From Candidatus Poribacteria bacterium (lineage in GTDB: Bacteria; Poribacteria; WGA-4E; UBA9662), in NCBI GenBank assembly GCA_046582655.1, contig JAYGDX010000418.1, forward strand, positions 1 to 30,239: 30,239 nt of DNA, given 5' to 3'. Positions 23,234 through 30,239 of this stretch are shown here, in pieces (within the stretch, counting starts at the first letter, position 1; every line of letters begins with the position of its first letter). Below the pieces are notes generated by a model. The model did not search any database and had not been told where the DNA came from. It worked only from the letters and a program-made list of their open reading frames with translations. Both the position numbers and the translations under genes were made by a program.

Positions 23234-24811
23234 CTAGTATGGCTCGGGGACTGAGTGTTGATACAATTTCAAATTTTTTGTTTTGTATATTAATTTGTAG
23301 TTTTGTTTGAGTGCTTTTACATCTGGGTGTTGATCGTTTGCCCGCCAAGTTATTATGTAATCCGTAACGTCATTAATGTACTTGAATTTCCAGTTTCCAT
23401 CCTTGTAGTGGAGTGGAAAATAGTGATATTTTGGTTCATAGTTGGCTACATAATGACTGCCGTTCTCAAAACAATAGTAGCAAACGCCATGATAAAATGG
23501 TGAAAGGTATTTGATTTTCCCATGGTGCTCTGCCCCATCTAACTCGCTGGCAGTTTCAAGAATCGAGATGGCTGAATCCGGTTTAATCAGTTTAACCCCC
23601 GCCATAAATTCTTTCATGTCCTTGTTGAGTAAATGATAATCGCGGATTGTAAGGCCAAGATGCCACAATGACATTAATAACATTGCGCCAATTAGAAGTT
23701 GCCGGAGCCATAACGATTTAGGAACAATAAACCAACCAAGCAACATTGGAAAAATAAACAGGTTAATTCGAGGATTGATCCAGCCTGGAGAACCGTGACG
23801 CCACGGTAATCTGAAGTATAGAAAAACCAGTGTTATGGCCAGAATCAAAAAAACGTCCTGAGATCTAAAGATCTGTTTTCGACGTATTCGTTCAATGATT
23901 GTCCAGATGATACAAAGACAAATGAATATCAGAAGAATCTTCGAAACAACAATATAACTGTCGTTAAAGTAAACTAGCGGTTCGACCTTTAAAAAATTAT
24001 CCCACAGTTGCGTCCACGAAAAATAATGACTGAACTGGTGACTCTTATGACGTTCCAGCCATTTTTCAGGATAAAGTGTCTCTGAATTAGTGAGTAAAGT
24101 GTTGACCAAAATAAAAAATACAGGAATCAAGCAACCGAAGAAAGAAAATAGTCTTCTTAGGCTGTTGCGCCAATCGGAGAGATGTTCCAGAAAATGCACA
24201 CAGGCGAAGAAAGACAAAGTAAAAACTAACATGGTAAAAGGGCCAAAATGAGAAAAATAAGTACCTATTAGCAAGAGATTCAATACAGCAACCTGAGTCA
24301 TACCAAGGCAGGCTTTGTGTTTCCACCAATATCCGATGCCAATCAGGCACAATGGGACAGCCAATGTAAAATTATAAAATCCCATCTGCATCAGATAATT
24401 ATAGCTGTATAAAAAACCAAGTAGGGCAAATATTCGCAAGCGTTTATTGATTGCGGTTAATAGGTAAGAGAAGCTAAAAGGAAACAAAAGTACGCAGATG
24501 GTGACATAGACCTTTTCAGCAATAAGCGGCGATAGAACATGGAGAGCGAGATAAAAAAAAGCGTAGTTGCTCCAGTTAGGAAACAATGTCAAATTGAGAT
24601 CGTAAACCTGATGGAATTTGGTGAAATCCGGATTGTTCCATTCCTTTAGAATGTAAGAATTATAGACATGACTAATGCCATCCTGGGTTGGAATAAAGGT
24701 AAACCCCCATATGGGAATCAGGTGAAGCAAACAAAGAAAACCTACTGATAACGAAGATCGATTCCGCCACAAAGTCTGCCAGTTCTGTCTCAGTAACCTA
24801 GTCTGAATCAT
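23234..24811 (-). CDS. Polytopic membrane protein, possible GT-C-fold glycosyltransferase
   Basis: Many hydrophobic helices, a QDGISH loop after the first TM, MGFYNF and FSH motifs, and a soluble C-terminal domain. The function is inferred. Confidence 0.6.
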   Translation of the reverse strand: MIQTRLLRQNWQTLWRNRSSLSVGFLCLLHLIPIWGFTFIPTQDGISHVYNSYILKEWNNPDFTKFHQVYDLNLTLFPNWSNYAFFYLALHVLSPLIAEKVYVTICVLLFPFSFSYLLTAINKRLRIFALLGFLYSYNYLMQMGFYNFTLAVPLCLIGIGYWWKHKACLGMTQVAVLNLLLIGTYFSHFGPFTMLVFTLSFFACVHFLEHLSDWRNSLRRLFSFFGCLIPVFFILVNTLLTNSETLYPEKWLERHKSHQFSHYFSWTQLWDNFLKVEPLVYFNDSYIVVSKILLIFICLCIIWTIIERIRRKQIFRSQDVFLILAITLVFLYFRLPWRHGSPGWINPRINLFIFPMLLGWFIVPKSLWLRQLLIGAMLLMSLWHLGLTIRDYHLLNKDMKEFMAGVKLIKPDSAISILETASELDGAEHHGKIKYLSPFYHGVCYYCFENGSHYVANYEPKYHYFPLHYKDGNWKFKYINDVTDYIITWRANDQHPDVKALKQNYKLIYKTKNLKLYQHSVPEPY

Positions 24812-25025
24812 TTTCTGATTTGAATAATTGAATTAAATCGAGTCCCGGATCATATAAATCTAATTTCGGATTACATGAATAAGCCAACATTTTGTCCTCT
24901 CAGGTTTTTTAGCCGGTTGATAAAAACTATTGTGTCATAATCAAATTCTGTGCTAGGATGGTTAAGATTGGATCTATGCAACACTCAATACCCGAACAAT
25001 ATACCACGTAGGAAAAGTATCTCAT

Positions 25026-28000
25026 ATGTTTAAACCAATAAATACAACTATACCCATGGAGAAATTGCTTTTGTTATATGTGTCTCTGTTGTTCATTGTG
25101 CCATGCATTCTTTATGCCGATGGCGAAGTCATCAGCTTCAACCGCCATATCCGTCCGATTTTGTCAGATGCATGCTACGCCTGTCACGGTCCTGATGCCA
25201 ACCAGCGTAAAGCCAATTTGCGTTTAGATACCAAGGAAGGCGCGTTTAGTGACTTGGGAGGATACTATGCCATCACGCCTGGTGATTTATCCTCCAGTAA
25301 GCTGATTTGGCGCATCACCCATCCAGATGCCGAACAGCGGATGCCGCCGCCGGATTCTAATCGTCGTTACCCTTCCCAAGCAGAAATAGAACTCATTAAA
25401 AAATGGATTGGGCAAGGGGCAGAATGGGAGGAACATTGGGTTTATACGCCACCTCAGCGTTCAGTACTACCAGAGGTAAAGCATAAAGAATGGCCTTTAA
25501 CTCCAATCGATTACTTCATCTTAGCACGACTGGAAACTGAAGGTCTTGAGCCATCACCACAAGCTGACAAACGAACGCTGATCCGTCGACTTAGCTTCGA
25601 CCTGACGGGTCTGCCGCCTAACCCACGAGAGGTCGAAGATTTTCTGGCCGATCGAAGCTCTAACGCCTACGAGAAGGTGGTCGACAGACTACTGACCTCG
25701 CCACGTTATGGTGAACGGATGGCTATGTATTGGTTAGATCTTGTCCGCTACGCTGACACGACCGGTTATCATTCCGATGAAGACATCAGTATTTGGCCTT
25801 ATCGCGATTACGTCATTAAAGCCTTTAACAGCAACATGCGTTATGATCAATTTACTCGCGAGAATTTAGCGGGAGATCTTTTACCTAACGCCACTAAGGA
25901 TCAGAAGGTGGCTTCAGGCTACAACCGGCTGAACCAGACAACAGCCGAAGGTGGAGCACAGGCCAAAGAATATTTAGCAATGTATGCCGCCGATCGTGTG
26001 CGGACTACGGCCTCTGTTTGGTTAGCCGCAACCGTGGGTTGCGCGCAGTGTCACGATCATAAATTCGACCCATACACCACCAAAGACTTCTACAGTTTGG
26101 CTGCTTTCTTCGCTGATATTCAAGAAGTTGGTGTCTATGGGGGAAATAGTAAAAGAGATCCCATAGTCTTGTTGCCAACAGAAGAACAAGGATCCGCGCT
26201 GAAAAAGATCGAGGATGGTTTATTTCGGTTGCAGAAAGAACTGGATGCCCCCAACCCACAAATCCACGTGGAACAATTGAAATGGGAAAAAGAGACGCTT
26301 CCCATGCTTGATTCATCGGATCCCGTGGACTTTGCTTGGATAGACGATGAACAAAACAACGGAGGAAAAACAGAAGGAGAATGGAAATTCATCAACAAAG
26401 ATGAAGGCCCCGTTTTCAGCCGACAGTTCTCTCGTCGGCAACAAACAGACGAGGAAAAGATCATTCAACACCTCTTCCACGGTGTTAACCGGAAAATAAC
26501 CTTGACCGCAGAGGACACTCTCTTTGCTTATGTGTGGATTGACAAAGAAAATCCGCCTCTGACTATCATGTTGCAGTGGAATGACGGTAGTTGGGATCAT
26601 CGAGCGTTTTGGGGACAGGACAAAATCGGTTTTGGGGAAATCGGTACAGATACCAATGCTCATCGTTTTATAGGTAAACTCCCACAATCAGGAAAATGGA
26701 TACGATTGGAAGTTAATCCCACCTCAGTGGGACTGAAACCAGGGAGTGAGCTTAATGGAATAGCATTTGCCCAGTTTGGTGGTACTGCCTTCTGGGATTT
26801 AGCTGGTTTTCGAACCACGCGTGATTCGCAGATACGATCTCTTCATCCCAAAGAAGTGCTAGAGGGGCTTCGGGTTAACCACGTCATTAGGACTGCAGAT
26901 CAACAAAAAATCGTCTCCAAATATTATCGTACAATTACGCCGACTCTGGATGAAACCCGTAACAAGATCTCGAACTTGAAAAAGAAAAAATCTGAGATTG
27001 AAAAGGATATTCCTTACTCGTTGACGACCGTCGCTGTTAATCCAAGAACAATGCGTATTCTACCTCGAGGCAACTGGATGGACGATTCAGGCGAAATCGT
27101 TACTCCTAATACACCTACATTCCTGAAAGACATAGAAGGTGAAGATCGGCCTGCAACCCGACTTGATCTTGCCAACTGGCTGGTTTCACCAGATAACCCG
27201 ATGACATCAAGAGCATTTGTAAATCGACTCTGGTATCTTTTCTTCGGCACAGGAATCTCCAAAGTACTTGACGACCTTGGATCACAAGGTGAACCACCCA
27301 AACACCCAAAACTTCTGGATTGGCTGGCGGTGGAGTTTATGGAAGACGGCTGGAATGTCAAAAAGATGGTTAAGTTGGTGGTGATGTCTAACACGTATTG
27401 CCAATCCTCAAAACCAACTCAAGAATTAATAGAAAGAGATCCATATAATCGGCTTTTAGCACATCAATCTCGTTTTCGACTTGATGCAGAGATGGTGCGC
27501 GATAATGCGCTGTTTGTTAGTGGATTGCTTGTTCCTCACATCGGTGGAAAAAGCGTAAAACCCTACCAACCTCAGGGATATTATGCCAATTTAAACTTCC
27601 CTAAACGGGTTTATAAACATGATCATGGTGAGAGCCAGTACCGCCGTGGACTTTACACGCATTGGCAACGAACATTTTTGCATCCCAGTATGATGGCTTT
27701 TGATGCGCCAAGCCGTCAAGAATGTACAGCTGAACGACCAAGTTCGAACACACCACTTCAGGCTCTAACTTTACTTAATGATCCTAGCTACGTCGAAACC
27801 GCTCGTGTCTTGGCGGAACGAATTATGGAGGAAGGTGGAGAAACAGTAACAGATCGAATTAACTGGTGTTACCAATTGGTGTTGTCACGCATGCCAAATC
27901 CCAAGGAACTAGTAGTTCTCATAAGACTATATAACAAACATCGTAATCAATATAATAACAATCAAGTGGGAGCTGAGAAGTTAATTAACTCAGGCGAATG

Positions 28001-28097
28001 GCCGGCAACTGAAGACATTGATTTGAGTGAGTTAGCAACTTGGACTTCCGTAGCTCGGGTGATGTTCAATCTTCATGAAGCTATCACCAGATATTGA
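25026..28097 (+). CDS. Planctomycete-type cytochrome c protein (PSCyt1 / DUF1549 / DUF1553-PSD1)
   Basis: FNRHIRPILSDACYACHGPD, LIRRLSFDLTGLPP, WLDLVRYADT, CAQCHDHKFDP, HPKLLDWLA and NTPLQALTLLND. Two CxxCH motifs. Confidence 0.95.
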   Translation: MFKPINTTIPMEKLLLLYVSLLFIVPCILYADGEVISFNRHIRPILSDACYACHGPDANQRKANLRLDTKEGAFSDLGGYYAITPGDLSSSKLIWRITHPDAEQRMPPPDSNRRYPSQAEIELIKKWIGQGAEWEEHWVYTPPQRSVLPEVKHKEWPLTPIDYFILARLETEGLEPSPQADKRTLIRRLSFDLTGLPPNPREVEDFLADRSSNAYEKVVDRLLTSPRYGERMAMYWLDLVRYADTTGYHSDEDISIWPYRDYVIKAFNSNMRYDQFTRENLAGDLLPNATKDQKVASGYNRLNQTTAEGGAQAKEYLAMYAADRVRTTASVWLAATVGCAQCHDHKFDPYTTKDFYSLAAFFADIQEVGVYGGNSKRDPIVLLPTEEQGSALKKIEDGLFRLQKELDAPNPQIHVEQLKWEKETLPMLDSSDPVDFAWIDDEQNNGGKTEGEWKFINKDEGPVFSRQFSRRQQTDEEKIIQHLFHGVNRKITLTAEDTLFAYVWIDKENPPLTIMLQWNDGSWDHRAFWGQDKIGFGEIGTDTNAHRFIGKLPQSGKWIRLEVNPTSVGLKPGSELNGIAFAQFGGTAFWDLAGFRTTRDSQIRSLHPKEVLEGLRVNHVIRTADQQKIVSKYYRTITPTLDETRNKISNLKKKKSEIEKDIPYSLTTVAVNPRTMRILPRGNWMDDSGEIVTPNTPTFLKDIEGEDRPATRLDLANWLVSPDNPMTSRAFVNRLWYLFFGTGISKVLDDLGSQGEPPKHPKLLDWLAVEFMEDGWNVKKMVKLVVMSNTYCQSSKPTQELIERDPYNRLLAHQSRFRLDAEMVRDNALFVSGLLVPHIGGKSVKPYQPQGYYANLNFPKRVYKHDHGESQYRRGLYTHWQRTFLHPSMMAFDAPSRQECTAERPSSNTPLQALTLLNDPSYVETARVLAERIMEEGGETVTDRINWCYQLVLSRMPNPKELVVLIRLYNKHRNQYNNNQVGAEKLINSGEWPATEDIDLSELATWTSVARVMFNLHEAITRY

Positions 28098-28167
28098 ATT
28101 TCTGCTATTAGCTTCCAGTATTGGGTTAACCACATTATAGAAAAGCAACATTTAAAGGATCAAAAAC

Positions 28168-29604
28168 ATGTATGATTCTGAGAAAATAAAATTGTCGCAG
28201 ACTCGGCGGACTTTTTTAGGCAAAACTGTTCGTGGAATAGGCTCTTTAGCTTTAGCATCTTTATTAAATCCATCATCCTTAATAGCAACAGTTAATCCTA
28301 ATCAACAGAAATGGAAAGGAGTTCTCCAACCAACACATTTTGCACCGCAAGCAAAGCGAGTGATCCACCTCTGTATGGCTGGAGGACCATCTCATCTGGA
28401 AACTTTCGACTACAAGCCGAAATTAGCAGAGATGGATGGTAAACCCATGCCAGAATCCTTTACAGCAGGACAACCTATCGCACAATTACAGGGAAACCGT
28501 GAACTAAAGTGTCTAGGTCCAACTCATCCTTTCCAAAAATACGGGAAATTTGGGCAAGAAATTAGTACAGCTTTTCCCAAAATTGGTCAGATAGCTGATG
28601 AAATTTGTATCATTCGCTCTATGCAAACCGAACAAATCAATCATGACCCAGCTCACACATTCATGAATACTGGTACAGCAATTTCCGGTCGCCCCAGTAT
28701 GGGATCTTGGTTACTTTATGGGCTTGGCAGTGAAAGTGATAACTTACCAGGTTATGTTGTTTTAATTTCATCAGGAGGGGGACAAGATCAACCAATTGCA
28801 ACTAGGCAATGGCATAGTGGGTTTCTCCCCGGTCAGTTTCAGGGTGTCCAGTTTCATTCAACTGGAGATCCCATACATTATGTTGGAAGACCAAATGGGG
28901 TGAGTATCAACCAACAACAGGACGTGGTAAATACTGTTAATAACCTGAATGGGATCTTAGATGAGACTGTAGATGATCCGGAAATTTCCACTCGCATCAG
29001 CCAGTATGAGATGGCGTTCCGCATGCAAACCAGCGTGCCGGATCTGATGGACGTTTCCGACGAACCTCAATATATACGTGATCTTTATGGAGCTCAACCC
29101 GGCGACGGATCATTCGCTTCCAACTGTCTGCTGGCACGACGCCTAGCAGAACGTGGTGTACGCTTCATCCAGCTTTATCACCGTGGTTGGGATCACCATG
29201 GCAGTATCAAGGATGCCATAGGTGTGACCGCGGGCTTGGTAGATCAAGCCTCGGCCGCACTTGTTATCGACTTGAAACAACGTGGTATGCTGGATGACAC
29301 CCTCGTCATTTGGGGTGGTGAGTTTGGGCGAACGCCGATGGCCCAGGGCAGTGGGCGAGACCATCATATTCGAGGGTTTTCCATCTGGATGGCAGGAGGA
29401 GGTATAAAAGGCGGTATTTCCTACGGTAATACTGATGAACTTGGTTATTATGCAGTGGAAGATATAGTACACGTTCACGATTTCCACGCGACCATGCTGC
29501 ACCTGCTTGGTATCGATCATCAGAAACTAACCTATCGTTTTCAGGGACGGGATTTTCGGCTGACTGATGTTCATGGGCGTTTAGTCAGCGATATTATTGC
29601 CTAA
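28168..29604 (+). CDS. DUF1501 family protein with a Tat-type signal
   Basis: TRRTFL twin-arginine motif, AKRVIHLCMAGGPSHLETFDYKP, CLLARRLAERGVRF, GWDHH, GEFGRTP and GRDH. Confidence 0.95.
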   Translation: MYDSEKIKLSQTRRTFLGKTVRGIGSLALASLLNPSSLIATVNPNQQKWKGVLQPTHFAPQAKRVIHLCMAGGPSHLETFDYKPKLAEMDGKPMPESFTAGQPIAQLQGNRELKCLGPTHPFQKYGKFGQEISTAFPKIGQIADEICIIRSMQTEQINHDPAHTFMNTGTAISGRPSMGSWLLYGLGSESDNLPGYVVLISSGGGQDQPIATRQWHSGFLPGQFQGVQFHSTGDPIHYVGRPNGVSINQQQDVVNTVNNLNGILDETVDDPEISTRISQYEMAFRMQTSVPDLMDVSDEPQYIRDLYGAQPGDGSFASNCLLARRLAERGVRFIQLYHRGWDHHGSIKDAIGVTAGLVDQASAALVIDLKQRGMLDDTLVIWGGEFGRTPMAQGSGRDHHIRGFSIWMAGGGIKGGISYGNTDELGYYAVEDIVHVHDFHATMLHLLGIDHQKLTYRFQGRDFRLTDVHGRLVSDIIA

Positions 29605-29846
29605 CTGCATAATGTAAATTAGATTGTATTTTCAGCGATTGCTCTATTATTGTCACTTTATAGGCTCTCGCTAGGTGTGTATTCTACCTAATCCCACCGG
29701 TTTTCTATCTTCATTTGTAATCCCCTTCTTATACCTAGAACCTAATTGTCTCTCTTTTGATGACTATCGGGATCACAGTTGGCTTCAACAATATTCACAG
29801 GCAAATTTCAACTAGTAATTTTGACACTGTTCATTGATCATTCCTT

Positions 29847-30239
29847 CTATGCTGCCATTTTCAGGGGCGCTTCTTCGCTTTCAGCATAATGGAGTTCACA
29901 TGTTCTCCCATGTTTTTCAAAAAGTGGGTGCTTTAACATCCTTGCATAAAGATTGAGTTCTAGCGCCTTTTGAATCATGTGCTGCTTTCTTCGTTTGTAT
30001 CGAGTTTTCTGAAGCATTTTGAAGGATCGATTGTTTCTCTCTACATGATTATTGGTACAATCGACATTTTCAAAGGCCCAGAAAGCGATCATTTTCTCAA
30101 ACTTTTCTTTTTTCAGTTTTTTCAAGGCCCATTGCAAAAACGAGTTATTCTGATAATCGAGATGATTGAGCATTCGGGTTCTGCGGTTGCTGGCGGCGTG
30201 TGGAGAAATATCTTTTTGAAAAAGGCCATAGAACTGCCG
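29847..30239 (-). mobile_element. Transposase C-terminal part (family not assigned), open to the window edge
   Basis: The frame is open from 30239 (RQFYGLFQKD...) through TNNHVERNNRSFKMLQKTRYKRR, which resembles the TNNxxERxNR catalytic-Glu helix of DDE transposases. Confidence 0.75.

Overview
AT-rich bacterial contig bounded by a transposase at each end. It is most likely from Candidatus Poribacteria, inferred from secreted LamG/concanavalin-A-like proteins ending in a 'V(E/D)xxxKLxTxWxxIK' tail plus a planctomycete-type cytochrome c/DUF1501 pair. Intact genes: a TonB protein and TonB-dependent receptor, rpiA, a sigma54-dependent response regulator, an SMP-30/gluconolactonase, a Kelch/Ig-like secreted protein, pyrG, kdsB, a nucleoside hydrolase, a GT-C-like membrane protein, and the cytochrome c/DUF1501 pair. 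Reading beyond the ORF track shows at least seven broken accessory genes (IS5 insertion, two in-frame TAG codons, several frameshifts). It also shows an orphan copy of the LamG C-terminal tail with no gene in front of it, and a shared 14-bp motif at two intergenic regions that may be the regulator's binding site. The best candidate for an uncharacterised system is the C-terminal 'KLxTxWxxIK' tag as a possible protein sorting signal. All family calls come from motif recognition, not database searches.
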